Assembly: GCF_006345805.1 (NCBI RefSeq) | Contig: NC_043017.1 | Coordinates: 25,482,001 to 25,546,000, forward strand | Length of the DNA: 64,000 nucleotides | Direction: 5' to 3' | Origin: Octopus sinensis | Taxonomy: Eukaryota | Part shown: positions 10,120 through 23,907 of the stretch, piece after piece | Layout: every line of letters begins with the position of its first letter | How positions within the stretch are numbered: position 1 is the stretch's first letter | The notes under the pieces: generated by a model | Databases searched by the model: none | What the model was told of the DNA's origin: nothing | Seen by the model: only the letters and a program-made list of their open reading frames with translations | Position numbers and translations under genes: made by a program

Positions 10120-10761
10120 CCCTTTCATTACTGTATTTATTTTGAGATGCTCTGTGTTTCTTTCAATTACTTTAAATATAACAAAGAATTTAGTAAAATA
10201 ACTTGGTTATCATTAAGCTAGTGTTAGGAACATAAATTGTGACTAGGCGCAGGAGTGGCTGTGTGGTAAGTAGCTTGCTAACCAACCACATGGTTCCGGG
10301 TTCAGTCCCACTGCGTGGCACCTTAGGCAAGTGTCTTCTGCTATAGCCCCAGGCCGACCAATGCCTTGTGAGTGGATTTGGTAGACGGAAACTGAAAGAA
10401 GCCTGTCGTATATATGTATATATATATAAGTGTGTGTGTATATGTTTGTGTGTCTGTGTTTGTCCCCCTAGCATTGCTTGACAACCGATGCTGGTGTGTT
10501 TACGTCCCCGTCACTTAGCGGTTCGGCAAAAGAGACTGATAGAATAAGTACTGGGCTTACAAAGAATAAGTCCCGGGGTCGAGTTGCTCGATTAAAGGCG
10601 GTGCTCCAGCATGGCCGCAGTCAAATGACTGAAACAAGTAAAAGAGAGTTAAAAAAAAAAAAGAGTAAGGTTTGGTGGAAGATTTTAATTCAAAACTTAT
10701 GAAAACAAGACATTTGTACTCAGAGCAAGAGCCGGTTTCAGCCGGGTTGGTAATGAAAGGG
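10120..10761. mobile_element. piggyBac-type MITE interrupted by a SINE
   Basis: TTAA-CCCTTTCATTAC ... GTAATGAAAGGG-TTAA: 12-bp perfect TIR with TTAA on both sides. Confidence 0.85.
10244..10667 (+). mobile_element. SINE family A nested in the MITE
   Basis: Full head-to-tail copy inside 10120-10761. Confidence 0.9.
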
Positions 10762-10859
10762 TTAAACATCTGCAATGAAAATAAACCTGAGCAGGTAAGG
10801 AATTCCAGCGGGATGACATTTCTGGGAAGGAAGGACTGGGAAAGGGGATTGTCCCATTA

Positions 10860-11049
10860 ACATTCCACATTATTTTGAATTAATCATGCATTGTCTCGTA
10901 GCTTTGAGATTTCAGTGACGCGATTGTATATTTTTAGAATGGCGGCATTGTAGGGTAGGTGTGAGAGGTCAAATCTGGCTGGTTTGAACATAATAATACA
11001 GGTAGAATATTTGTGCTGGATGTGACTGGTTTTAATGCTACGGGGTTAA
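10860..11049 (+). mobile_element. TTAA-ended MITE family F, partial
   Basis: Shares ttttgaattaatcatgcattgtctcgtagctttgagatttc with 11470-11590, 31141-31332 and 46270-47260; ends aatgctacggggttaa. Confidence 0.65.
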
Positions 11050-11059
11050 TGTAGGGCTT

Positions 11060-11300
11060 GGTGATGGAACACAATATAGAAGTAGTGAGTGACACTGTAT
11101 CCGTGAAAGAGGAGTTGCTGGCATTGACTTTATACTCGTCAGTTGGGTGGTCGTTTTTGTGGGTGGGGTAGTGGTGGTGGTGCAGCGATACAGTCTAGGA
11201 AAGCAGCACCATCCCAGATACGAGAGCAGTACTCTATTGAGGGTCTTACCTGAGTTTTGTAGTGGAGTTTAGTAATTATTGGGTGCTGGGTGTTTTTGAC
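11060..11300 (-). pseudogene. decayed I/Jockey/L2-like LINE fragment
   Basis: Minus frame reads LHYKTQVRPSIEYCSRIWDG...LDCI, resembling the conserved YKxxVRPxLEYCSxVW post-RT motif. Confidence 0.55.
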
Positions 11301-12115
11301 TCGTGTTAACTGAAAATGAAATTTAGTAAACAGAAACTGTGAAGACACCTGTTCCTTCTCTCTCTCTCTCTCTCTTTCTTCCTTCTCTCCCTCTCTCTCT
11401 CTCTCTCCCTTACTCACACATTTGTATGTGTTTACATGTTTTTTCTTTACCTTAAAGGCTGCGTTGCTCTTTAGCATTTAGATTACCTTGTCAAGTGTAA
11501 TGCTTATTTATTCATACGGATTTTGAATTAATCATCGCTTATCTCATGGCTTTATAGATTTCGGCGATGTTATTTTAACTTTTAAAATAACGCGTCATCT
11601 TGGATTAAGAGGAAGCGAAAGAAAGGCACCTGTACACAAAATGGGAAAGACAGCAGAAAGAGCTTCTTGCTGAATATGGGGCTGGAAAAAAGAGTTAAAC
11701 TGTAAGTCAGAGGGAGATGATGAACAGGGATTTGGCCATCACTGTCAGCCCACTTTTGGAAATATGTTATTATTTAGGGTTGAAACTCAGTGGTCATTGG
11801 ACCCCAATCTTATGACATCAAATTCCTCCTGTTTGAAATTACATTCCCTAAAGTCGAATATAAAGGAGAAGCATCTTCTTTTAGATGTCATTGATTTCAT
11901 ATAAAAAGAATGGGTTATAAAATTCTTATATAAGCATGGTCAAGGCAGTGCTCCAGCATGGCTGCATTCTAATGACTGAAACAAGTAAAAATAAAAAATA
12001 GGAAGTTCAAGGTACAAGGTGGAAGAAGCTTTAATATCACCAACCAGGTGCCCTTTCCTGCATCACAGATCTGCCCACAGAGACTCCAGCCCCGTTTGAG
12101 GTTTCCAGTTCATTT

Positions 12116-12331
12116 TTGATTATTTACATTATTTCATACATTTGACAGATATTTGTCCTCATCTTGTTAACACAACGTTTCAGCTGATATACCCCCTGGG
12201 TTCTCATTCCTAAGGTATTTTTCGATATTATCATTATTATAATTATTATTCAGGTCACTGTCTAGAATTGAATTTGGAATCTTGGGGTTAGTAGCCCGCA
12301 CTCTTAACCGCTACACTATGTGTCTGTGGAC
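12116..12331 (-). mobile_element. tRNA-headed SINE carrying a hammerhead 3' half
   Basis: Minus strand: A box tagtgtagcgg, decayed B box, AAT-rich spacer, then cagct-GAAACGTT-GTGTT and a (GTAAATAAT)-type tail. A partial second copy lies at 23205-23270. Confidence 0.55.
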
Positions 12332-12660
12332 AATTATGGAGTGAATTTTTAGGGCATATAAATCTAAATTTAGGGCATATAAATACTGGTTCCCATATTT
12401 TATTCATATCTGCCCTCGGTCTGCTTAGGAGGTTGTTGTGTACATAATTCCTCGACCCCTAAATATAGAACTCCATTTTTGATGTTGTCCGTTCACAAAC
12501 ATCTTTGATAGTCTGCTACTCTCTTTCTTTTACACTTCCTATCAGAATGGTCTTGGGTCAAACTAAATTCACTCCCAAGGTTTTGGTCAGCCGGGGGGGG
12601 GGGGGGGCTACTGTAAAAGGCACATGCCCAAGGTGCCGCACAGTGAAGCTGAACCCGAAT

Positions 12661-12893
12661 GGCGGTGAGCTGGCAGAAACGTTAGCACGCTGGATGAAAT
12701 GCGTAGCCGTATTTCGTCTGCCGTTACGTTCTGAGTTCAAATTCCGCCGAGGTCGACTTTGCCTTTCATCCTTTCGGGGTCGATGAATTAAGTACCAGTT
12801 ACGCACTGGGGTCGATGTAATCAACTTCATCCGTTTGTCTGTCCTTGTTTGTCCTCTCTGTGTTTAGCCCCTTGTGGGTAGTAAAGAAATAGG
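12661..12893 (+). mobile_element. SINE family B, monomer
   Basis: ggcggtgagctggcagaaacg head to gtaaagaaatagg end. Confidence 0.9.
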
Positions 12894-13279
12894 AGCTGAA
12901 CCCAAAATCACATGGTTACAAACTGAACCTCTTGAACCACACAATCAAGAGATGTATTCCAAAACAGTAATTCCATAACAGAAATCCTACAGAGAGGGCA
13001 GAGCTTCTGATTTTTTCCTGAGATATCTGGAACTCACAACCAGTTTGTTATATGCAGATATCACGCGTTGGCGGGTTCCTCTTGTTTATTAGCTTCTCGT
13101 ATGCGCGACATGGGAAATAAAAGACCAACTTGGCTCTGGTGTCGTGTTCTTTGTGCCAGAGATACTAAAGATACACTGCTATTTCTTGTTCTTAAAGAGA
13201 CTCTCTACAACTCTCTGGACATTAGCTGTGCATAGTTCTTAGACTTGTTAATGTACAGACATACGAGTATGAAAATATA

Positions 13280-13418
13280 TGTGTATGTATGTATGTATGT
13301 ATGTATGTATGTGTGTGTATACATTTACCTGTGTGAATTAACATATTTAAGTGTGTGTGTATGTGTGTCTACTCATTTGCATATATGAATGTATACACAC
13401 ACATTCACGTACAAGCAC

Positions 13419-13471
<53 letters not shown>

Positions 13472-13607
13472 TACAAACATATATATATATATGCATATCT
13501 GCACATATACACACATACGATTATAGGTTTGTATACACATATACATGTTTATATATATATATGTATATTTCATTTATAAATATATATGTATATTTGATAT
13601 ATATATT

Positions 13608-13653
<46 letters not shown>

Positions 13654-13684
13654 TATATATGTATATATATATATATATATATAT

Positions 13685-13759
<75 letters not shown>

Positions 13760-13880
13760 ATATATATAATGTATGTCTACGTACGTACACACATACTCAC
13801 GTGCATATACACATATATCTACACATATATATATATATAAGGTACACACATAACTGATGATGATGATGATGATGATAATG
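13280..13880. repeat. (TA)n/(CA)n/(ATGT)n microsatellite block
   Basis: Direct reading. Confidence 0.95.
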
Positions 13881-14117
13881 ATGAACTGAACTGCAGCCAT
13901 TAATTAAATTTGTTCTCGAAAGAACTTTTAAAGTCATAATGATTAAATTCCTGTCTTGACTCTAACTCTGCCTCTGTCGTACTTCCAAACTGTCACTGAT
14001 TTCTTCTGGGTGTTTCGTTTATCTTATTTTATTTTCCATCTGCTTTTCTGGTTTGTTGTTCATGTTGTTGTTGTCGTTGTCGATGATGATGACGTTTATT
14101 CAACTTCAATGAATTTA

Positions 14118-14172
14118 GCATCATCATCATCATCATCATTATTATTATTATTACTACTATTATTATTACTAC

Positions 14173-14226
<54 letters not shown>

Positions 14227-14298
14227 TACTACTACTATTATTATTATTATTATTATTATCATTATTATTATTACTACTACTACTATTATTATTATTAC

Positions 14299-14334
<36 letters not shown>

Positions 14335-14415
14335 TACTACTACTATTATTATTATTACTATTATTATTATTATTATTATTATTATTGTTGTTGTTGTTCT
14401 TGTTGTTGTTGTCGT
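14118..14415. repeat. (CAT)(TAT)(TAC)(TGT) compound microsatellite
   Basis: Direct reading; explains the poly-L and poly-I ORFs. Confidence 0.95.
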
Positions 14416-14735
14416 TATTTGCTCTTTTTGTTTTGCTTTCCCATTATTTCGAGATGTCTGCTGGTGGTGGGTGGTCGGATGTGGACTCGACCGCCATGGG
14501 AATTTGGTTTTCTGAAAGTTTTCCTTTATTGGAATAATTTCACCGGTTTTTCTGTTTTTGTATGAATTTATTAACTCATGTATTTGTCTGTCTGTCCGTC
14601 CGTCTGTCTCTCTGTCTTCGTCTAGTCTGTGTTTTCTGTGCTCTTGTTTAACTTTTCTCTTGCGTCTGGGGACAGTCACGTTGTCTTAATGCCTTATTAT
14701 TTAACACACACACTGGTTCAGTTTCCACTCATTCA

Positions 14736-15133
14736 TCTTTATATATAAAAGTCAAGTTGTGTGTCTGTCTCCTACGATTTAGATTCCTAACTACTCCCAC
14801 ATTTTGCAGTGCAGTTTAACCAAAACCGGGTATCTTATAGTCGTGATTCATATCGAGCCCTTCTGGGTATTAGCGCGCGCCTACGGTGAGTCTACGATTT
14901 TAAAAAAAATTTACCATCATTTTTTTCCATTTTAATGCATTTTTTCGCTATTATATAAGGGAAGTAACTCTCTAAAAATGTCTACGAGGAGTCAACAATT
15001 TAAAAAAAAATTTACCATAATTTTTTTCCCATTTTTAATGCATTTTTTTGCTATTTTTTGGCTATAACTCTCTAAAAATGCTTATATAGTTATTTCCCTT
15101 ACAAACCCGAGCAACGCCGGGCGATACTGCTAG
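14736..15133 (+). mobile_element. non-autonomous Helitron
   Basis: 5' A|TCTTTATATATAAAA, 3' hairpin cccg-agcaacgc-cggg (15106-15121), terminal CTAG|T, no TSD; internal duplication of about 90 bp. Confidence 0.85.
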
Positions 15134-15312
15134 TTATTTATATTTTTTCATTGCTTTTCCAACCTTGTCAACCAGATACAAAAATGAACTGTTTAACACC
15201 TGTTTGATTCAAAGAGATCTACCCATGATCCAAAGCATTGTAATCTGATTGTAATACCTGTCTTCCACTTTGACACAGGTGCATGTTTGTCTAGCACCAC
15301 ATTGTCTAATGT

Positions 15313-15531
15313 TACTCTCTTTTACTCTTTTACTTGCTTCAGTCATTTGACTGCGGCCATGCTGGAGCACCACCTTTAGTCGAGCAAATCGACCCCAGGA
15401 CTTATTCTTTGTAAGCCCAGTACTTATTCTATCCATCTCTTTTGCCGAACCGCTAAGTGACGGGGACGTAAACACACCAGCATCGGTTGTCAAGCAATGC
15501 TTGGGGAACAAACACAGACACACAAACATAT

Positions 15532-15564
<33 letters not shown>

Positions 15565-15742
15565 CATATATATATACGACAGGCTTCTTTCAGTTTCCGT
15601 CTACCAAATCCACTCACAAGGCTTTGGTTGGCCCGAGGCTATAGCAGAAGACACTTGCCCAAGATGCCACGCAGTGGGACTGAACCCTGAACCATGTGGT
15701 TGGTTAGCAAGCTACTTACCACACAGCCACTCCTGCACCTAT
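15313..15742 (-). mobile_element. SINE family A
   Basis: Full-length copy. Confidence 0.9.
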
Positions 15743-15999
15743 GTTGCTTTCCTTCTTTTCTTTTTATGTTTTTTTTTTTTTATTTGATGAACTGAGGCTG
15801 TAATCTGAAACAGATTCGGCTGCTACTTTTAGTAAGTCAGGTAACTTCACTGAGACTACCTGATTGGAATGTGCTAAAACTTATCTGAGAAGCCTTCTTA
15901 TTGTCCCAGATATAGGAATACATGTGGTTGTGTGTGTGTCTTACAGAGAGAGAGAGAGAATGGCTGTGTGGGTTATCTTCATCTCTGGTTCCAAATGTT

Positions 16000-16490
16000 G
16001 AAGGCGCATGGCTCAGTGGTTAGAGCGTCGAGCTTACGATCATGAAGTTGTGAGTTTGAATCCTGGACCGGGCTGTGTGCTGTGTTCTTAAGCAAAACAC
16101 TTTATTTCACGTTGCTCCAGTTCACTCAGCTGTTGGGGAAGGGTATAAATCGATTACATCGACCCCAGTATTCAACTGGTACTTATTTTATTGACCCTGG
16201 AAGGATGAAAAGCAAAGTCAACTTCGGCAGAATTTGAACTTAGAACATAACGATTCTGCCATCTTGCAGCCTTTGTTCTAAGCAAGAATATTCATTTCAG
16301 GCTCTGGCTCAAGGCCAGTAATTTCAGGGGAGGGGTGAGTCAATTACATTGACCCCAGTGTTCAACTGGTATTTATTTTATTGACCCCAAAAGGATGAAA
16401 GGCAAAGTCAACCTCAATGGAATTTGAACTCAGAACGTAAAGACTGACAAAGTGCTGCTTAGCATTTTACCTGGTGGGCTAACAATTCTG
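16000..16490. mobile_element. SINE D head (+) followed by two decayed SINE B pieces (-)
   Basis: ggcgcatggctcagtggttagagc head; two gacccc...ggatgaaa..gcaaagtcaac segments. Confidence 0.7.
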
Positions 16491-16890
16491 TACTCTTTTA
16501 CTCTTTTACTCATTTCAGACATTTGACTGTGGCCATGCTGGAGCACCGCCTTTAATCGAGCAACTTGACCCCGGGACTTATTCTTTTGTAAGCCCAGTAC
16601 TTATTCTATCGGTCTCTTTTGCCGAACCGCTAAGTAACGGGGACATAAACACACCAGCATCAGTTGTCAAGCAATGCTAAGGGGACAAACACAGACACAC
16701 AAACACACAAGTGCATATATATATATATACACGACGGGCTTCTTTCAGTTTCTGTCTACCAAATCCACTCACAAGTTTTCGGTCGGCTATAGTAGAAGAC
16801 ACTTGCTCAAGGTGCCACGCATTGAGACTGAACCCGGAACCATGTGGCTGGTAAACAAGCTACTTACCACACAGCCACTCCTGCGCCTAT
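16491..16890 (-). mobile_element. SINE family A
   Basis: Near full-length copy. Confidence 0.9.
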
Positions 16891-17869
16891 TGTACTACTA
16901 AACAAAAATGTTTTACTAAATAAAAATATTGCTTTCTTGTATTGGCATAAGGCCAGCAGTTTTGAGGGAGGGGGCTGGACGATGACATCGATCTCAATGC
17001 TCAGCTGGTTCTTATTTTAATCAACTCTGGAAGGATGATAGGCAGAGTCAACCTCGGCAGGATTTGAACTCAGAATGTAAAAGATGGACGAAATGCCTGG
17101 CAGGCTAATGATACTGCCATCTTGCGGTCTTTGCGCCAAACGAAAAATATCGACAGCAAAAACTAAATACAGATAACAAAAACAGAAAAGGAAAACAATA
17201 AAAAAAAAAACTGAACAAAAATACAAGAGAGCCGGTTATAGTTGATGTCGTTGGTGTTGACAGTCATGGAAGAATGGAAAGAGCAAATTAATTTATATAG
17301 TTTTGGAAGATGGGAGGCTTTTGAGGTCTTTGGTGCTCAGTTACTGGAAACTAAGAGAATTTTGGTAGCAATGTTATTGAAATGTAATTCATGAGTTTGT
17401 GTGTGAATCCTCTGCTTGGGAGAGGATGAACCAAGCATCCACTCGTCTCTCAATTTCGCTCTCTGTTCAGTGAGATGCTCTTCATCACCAATCATCATCA
17501 TTTGATGTCTACTTTTCCATATTTGCACGAGCCAGGTCGTCTTTTATTCTTTCACTCGTTTCAGTCATTTGACTACGGCCGTGCTGGAGCACTGCCTTGA
17601 AGGATTTTTAGTCGAACAAATCAACCCCAGGCCTTGTTTTTTAAGCGTAGTACTTATTCTGCAGGTCTCGTTTGCCATGCCGCTAAGTTACGGGGGATGT
17701 AAACACACCAACACTGGTTGTCAGGCAATGATGGCGGTGGGGAAACATGGACACAAAGAAACATACACATTGATATGTACATATATATATATATATATAA
17801 ATATATATAAATAATATGTACATATATATATATGTACATATATATATATATATATGTAAATATATATAA

Positions 17870-18255
17870 ATCCCGTGCCGGTGACACGTAAAAGCACCGT
17901 CCGTTCGTGGCCGGTTGCCAGCTCTGTCTGGCCCCGTGTCGGTGGCACGTAAAAGCACCATCCGTTCGTGTCCGTTGCCAGCATCGCCTGGCCCCGTGCC
18001 GGTGACACGTAAAAGCACCATCCGTTCGTGGCCGTTCGCCAGCTCTGTCTGGCACCTGTGCAGGTGGCACGTAAAAAACACCCACTACACTCGCGGAGTG
18101 GTTGGCGTTAGGAAGGGCATCCAGCCGTAGAAACACTGCCAGATCTGACTGGGCCTGACGAAGCCTTCCAGCTTCACAGACCCCAGTTGACCCGTCCAAC
18201 CCATGCTAGCATGGAAAGCGGACGCTAAACGATGATGATGATGATGATGATGATG
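17870..18255 (+). mobile_element. SINE-like family C with three VNTR modules
   Basis: Repeated gcacgtaaaagcaccatccgttcgtggccgttgccagc modules, then core and (GAT)n tail. Confidence 0.9.
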
Positions 18256-18718
18256 AAATAAATGATAGGCTTTCAGTTTCCATCTACCAAATCCACCCAC
18301 AAGCTTTGTACATACACATATACGCATGCATATGCACACAAATCTATACAAAGATTGCATATACGCAAGGAGTGTATGTGCTCTCACCTTAAGTACATAA
18401 ATTATACTAATATCAGTTAAATATTTGTGTATTTTGCATGATGCTTACATGCACATTCTCATTTAAGTTATTGTTGTGTCATCCTCCTCCTCCTCCTCAT
18501 CATCATCATCATTTCACGTCTGCCTCCCATGCTGGCATGGGTGGGATGGTTTGACAGGAGCTGGCCAGGCAGGCGCCTGCCCCAGACTTCTCTAACTGTT
18601 TTGGCAGGATTTCTACAGCTAGATGCCCTTCCTAACACCAACCACTCAACAGAGTGGACTATATATATATATATATATTAAACAGTTATTAATATTGCTA
18701 ATGTGTATGTATATATGA

Positions 18719-18779
<61 letters not shown>

Positions 18780-18921
18780 CATAGATTGATAGATAGATAG
18801 ATACACACACACACACACAAACAGAGGCACAGACAATATAATATGTATAGCAGCATTTAAACGTTATATATACACCCACTCACAAACAGATTTACTTACT
18901 TAAATATACACAAACACAGAA

Positions 18922-18958
<37 letters not shown>

Positions 18959-19299
18959 CACATCTACATAGACACATGCACATAAGCGTATTTCCATGCA
19001 TAAATATACAAACACATATAGAAACTCATATATATATATACATATAGAAATGCATACTTACATACATATGTACATACATACATGACGAAACATATTAGCA
19101 TAAACAAATACACACACACACACACACATTTGCATAGTCACTTAAACGTAATTTTTTAATATAACAATTTGTAAGGTGTTTCTGACCACTTTGTATTTAT
19201 AATGTGTGTATGTGTGTGTGTGTGTATATATATCTATATATCTATCTATAAATATCTATATATCTATCTATAAATATCTATATATATATATATATATAT

Positions 19300-20470
19300 A
19301 TCATCATCATCATCATCATCATTTAACGTCCGCTTTCCATGCTAGCATGGGTTGGACGGTTCAACTGGGGTCTGGGGAGCCCGAAAGCTGCACCAGTCCA
19401 GTCAGATCTGGCAGTGTTTCTACAGCTGGATGCCCTTCCTAACGCCAACCACTCCGAGAGTGTAGTGGGTGATTTTATGTGCCACCGACACAGGTGCCAG
19501 ACGAGGCTGGCAAACGGCCACGCTCGGATGGTGTTTTTATGTGCCACCGACACAGGTGCCAGACGAGGCTGGCAAACGGCCACGCTCGGATGGTGTTTTT
19601 ATGTGCCACCGACACAGGTGCCAGATGAGGCTGGCAAACGGCCACGATTGGATGGTGCTTGTTACGTGCCCACAGCACGGAGACCAGTCGATGCGGTACT
19701 GGCTACGGCCACGTTCGGATGGTTTTATTGTGTGCCACGTGCCACCGGCACTGGTACCACAAAGATACAAATTCCATTGATGTTCATCTATTTTGATTTG
19801 TTTTGATTTGATTTTCACTTGTCTCAACAGGTCTTCACAAGTGTCCCAAGAAGGAAGGTATGCACAGGTGGACTGACTACGTCCCAGGTAGGGGCCATGG
19901 GTTATGGCCTGACTAGTCTTGCCGGGTCTTCGGATGGTGTTTTTATGTGCCACCGACACAGGTGCTAGATGAGGCTGGCGAACGGCCACGATCGGATGGT
20001 GTTTGTCATGTGCCCACCGCACTGACTACAGCACTGATGGATTTCTTGTGTGCCACAGGCACTGGTACCACAAGATACAAATTCCATTGATGTTCATCTA
20101 TTTTGTCTATTTTGATTTGATTTGATTTGATTTGATTTGATTTGATTTTCACTTGCCTCAACCGGTCTTCACAAGTGTCACAAGAAGGAAGGTATGCACA
20201 GGTGGACTGACTAGTCTTGCGGGTCTTCGGAAGGTGTTTTTATGTGCCACTGACACAGGTGCCAGATGAGGCTGGCGAACGGCCATGATCGGATGGTGTT
20301 TGTTACGTGCCCACAGCACGGAGGCCGGTCGATGCGGAACTGGCTATGGCCACGTTCGGATGGTTCTCATGTGTGCCACCGGCACTGGTACCACAAAGTG
20401 TGTGCCACCGGCACTGGTACCACAAAGATACAGATTCCATTGATGTTCAGATTCCATTGATGTTCAAGAT
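19300..20470 (-). mobile_element. extended family C element with VNTR and about 310-320 bp higher-order repeats
   Basis: 57-bp modules at 19490-19660; ctggtaccacaaagatac anchor recurs at 19751, 20062, 20385 and 20414. Confidence 0.8.
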
Positions 20471-20480
20471 TCCATTGATG

Positions 20481-20528
<48 letters not shown>

Positions 20529-20797
20529 TATACACATGCATGGGTATAATACATGTCTGTCTGTGTTTGTGTAGACATACACGTTGTTTGTATAAACATA
20601 AAAATTATACAGATATATATTGTTTGGTATTAGTATAAACAACACACACACACATCATGGCATATGTGTGCATGTATGTATGTGTCTGTGTACATATATA
20701 TATACACACACACATGTATACATTCACACATAAATATACATGTATACCTGTATATTGCCAGCATGGAAAATGGATGTTAAATAGTGATGATGATTGC

Positions 20798-20799
<2 letters not shown>

Positions 20800-20830
<31 letters not shown>

Positions 20831-20913
20831 TGTATGTATGTATGTATGTATGTATTTATGTATTTATGTATGTATGTATGTATGTATGTATGTATGTATG
20901 TATTTATTTATTT

Positions 20914-20949
<36 letters not shown>

Positions 20950-21625
20950 TGTATGTATTTATGTATTTATGTATTTATGTATGTATGTATGTATGTATGT
21001 ATGTATGTATGTATGTATGTATGTATGTATGTAGATGTATGTATGTATGTATGTATGTATGTATGTATTATGTATGTATGTATGTGTATGTATGTATGTA
21101 TGTATGTATGTATTGTATGTATGTATGTATGTATGTATGTATGTATGTATGTATGTATGTATGCATGCATGCATGCATGCATGCATGCATGCATGCATGC
21201 ATGTATTTATGTATGTATTTATTTATGTATGTATGTATGTATTTATGTATTTATGTATTTATGTATGTATTTATGTATTTATGTATGTATGTATGTATGT
21301 ATGTATGTATTTATGTATGTATGTATGTATGTATGTATGTATGTATGTATGTATGTATTTATGTATGTATGTATGATGTATGTATGTATGTTGTATGTAT
21401 GTATGTATGTAGTATGTATGTATTATGTATGTATGTATGTATGTATGATGTATGTATGTATGTATTTAGTATGTATTTATGTATGTATGTATGTATGTAT
21501 GTATTTATTTATTTATTATTTATTTATGTATGTATGTATTTATGTATGTATGTAGGTATGTATGTATGTATTTATGTATGTATTTATGTATGTATGTATG
21601 TATGTATGTATGTATGTGTGTGTTT
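20800..21625. repeat. (ATGT)n tetranucleotide array with ATTT/ATGC variants
   Basis: Direct reading; explains the MYVC ORFs. Confidence 0.95.
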
Positions 21626-22597
21626 ATGCACATACATATACATTTATGTGTGTGTATATATATATATACATACACACACACACACACACACGCACACACA
21701 CACGTGGTTAATGCATATTTATGTTAGTTTCAGTTTGTTGTAAACATTTATATTGATATTTATAAAAAAAGAACAACATATACAAATTCTATTCATTCAA
21801 AAAACCCTTTTTCATAAGTATGATGCCAAAAAAAAAAAAATTACACCAACATATTGATGGTTAAAATACTACTACTACTACTAATAATAATGATAATAAT
21901 AATAATAATAATGATAATAATAATAATATATTATGTATACATGCGTACATAAGTAGACATTTAGACATTTGATTCTAAGTGGAATGATTGTAACGTGTGT
22001 GTGTGTGTGTGTGTATAAAGTGGAAAAATAAAAACTTTAGAAATTTTGTTATTTTAGTGACAAAAAAATATATATACGATATAGGTATATAAATTATGTA
22101 CACATAAACTACAAAAAAAAAATATCGAACGAAACCAAACCAAACGAAACCAGCCAACCAGCCGACAGATCAGCCAACGAACCAATCACAAATCGTAAAT
22201 TATATCAAACTACCCTTAGATTATGTAATTTTTTTTTTTGTTTTCCTAGTTTGATGATAACATTGGGAATACTAAAACAGCGGTTGTTTGAATTGCAGAT
22301 TTCTTTCTATGCATTCATTCAATCAACATCTTTTATCGTCACCATTGGTGGAAGCGATGGTGGCGTCATCATTGGCAGCGTTGACGATTCTTGTTGATTG
22401 TTGTTGTTGTTGCTTTCTTACTTGTCACTTGAGATATTCTTTGACAAAAGCACAAAAAAAAAGGCAAAGAAACAAAAAGAGGAAATAAAACAGAAAAGAG
22501 GCAAAAAAAAAAATGTCCTTTTGATGTTTATTCAAAGTAACCAGATGTGAATAATGTTTGCAATTATACTCGAATATATATATTTACATACATATGT

Positions 22598-22775
22598 TAG
22601 GCGCGCGTGGCTCAGTGGGTTAGGTATCCCGGCTCAAAATTGTTAAACTGTGAGTTCAATATCCAGTGGTGCATTTTGTCCTTGAGCAAGATACTTTATT
22701 TTGTGTTGGTCTACTCCATTCAGCAAGTAAAAATAAGTTTCTACCTGTATTTCAAAGGGGCCAGCCTTGTCACAT
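22598..22775 (+). mobile_element. SINE family D, decayed
   Basis: ggcgcgcgtggctcagtgggttagg head plus gtccttgagcaagatactttattt core. Confidence 0.7.
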
Positions 22776-22778
22776 TTT

Positions 22779-23183
22779 TATTTCTTTACTGCCCACAAGG
22801 GGCTACACACAGAGGGGGCAAACAAACGGATTAAGTCAATTACGTCGACCCCAATGCGTAACTGGTACTTATTTAATTAACCCCGAAAGGATGAAAGGCA
22901 AAGTCGACCTCAGCAGAATTTGAACTCAGAACGTAACGGCAGACGAAATACCTATTTCTTTACTGCCCACAAGGGGCTAAACACAGAGGGGACAAACAAG
23001 GACAGACAAACGGATTAAGTCGATTACATCGACTCCAGTACGTAACTGGTACTTATTTAATCGACCCCGAAAGGATGAAAGGCAAAGTCGACCTCGGCGG
23101 AATTTGAACTCAGAACGTTGCTGCAGACGAAATACCACTAAGCATTTCGCCCTGCGTGCTAATGTTTCTGCCAGCTCACTGCC
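22779..23183 (-). mobile_element. SINE family B, dimer
   Basis: Same junction as 8304 (plus strand gacgaaata|cctatttctt at about 22950). Confidence 0.9.
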
Positions 23184-23450
23184 TTTCTAAAAGTATTTTT
23201 TAATGTTGTTGTTATTACTATTATTCAGGTCACTGCCTGGAATCACACTCAGAATTTAGGGGTTATAAGACTAAAATTCTCCAAGCCAGCGCGCCCCGGC
23301 ATGAGCTGCTGTCTAATGACTGAAACAAGTAAAAGATAAAAGAATATATGAGTGAGGAGAGAAAAAGGGTTTTAATACACTTTTGTGGGTGTCTGTCTGT
23401 TTGTCTGTTTTATCAGTTTAGCAAAAAAAAAAATGTGAAAAATTTTTAAA

Positions 23451-23621
23451 CATGCGTGGCTGTGTGGTAAGCAGCTTGCTTACCAACCACTTGGTTCTGG
23501 GTTCAGTCCCACTCCATGGCACCTTGGGCAAGTGTCTTTTACTATAGCCTTGGGCCGAATAAAGCCTTGTGAGTGGATTTGGTAGCGAGAAACTGAAAGA
23601 AACATGTTGTATATATGTATG

Positions 23622-23654
<33 letters not shown>

Positions 23655-23845
23655 TTGTGTGTCTGTGTTTGTCCCTCTAGCATTGCTTGACAACCGATGC
23701 TGGTGTGTTTACGTCCCCGTAACTTAGCAGTTCAGCAAAAGAGACTGATAGAATCAGTACTAGGCTTACAAAGAATAAGTCCTGGGGGGTTGATTTGCTC
23801 GACTAAAGGCAGTGCTCCAGCATGGCCGCAGTCAAATGACTGAAA
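23451..23845 (+). mobile_element. SINE family A
   Basis: Near full-length copy. Confidence 0.85.
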
Positions 23846-23907
23846 GAGAAACATCCACATAACACACTTATTTCGATTCTGCATCTCCTGCCGAATGCAT
23901 ATATACG

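Noticed and set aside
10714-10792. Apparent exon ending CAG|GTAAGG
   Set aside because: It lies mostly inside the piggyBac-type MITE terminus; no independent support.
16003-16075. tRNA-like sequences at SINE D and G heads as tRNA genes
   Set aside because: No complete cloverleaf or acceptor stem, and they continue into SINE cores.
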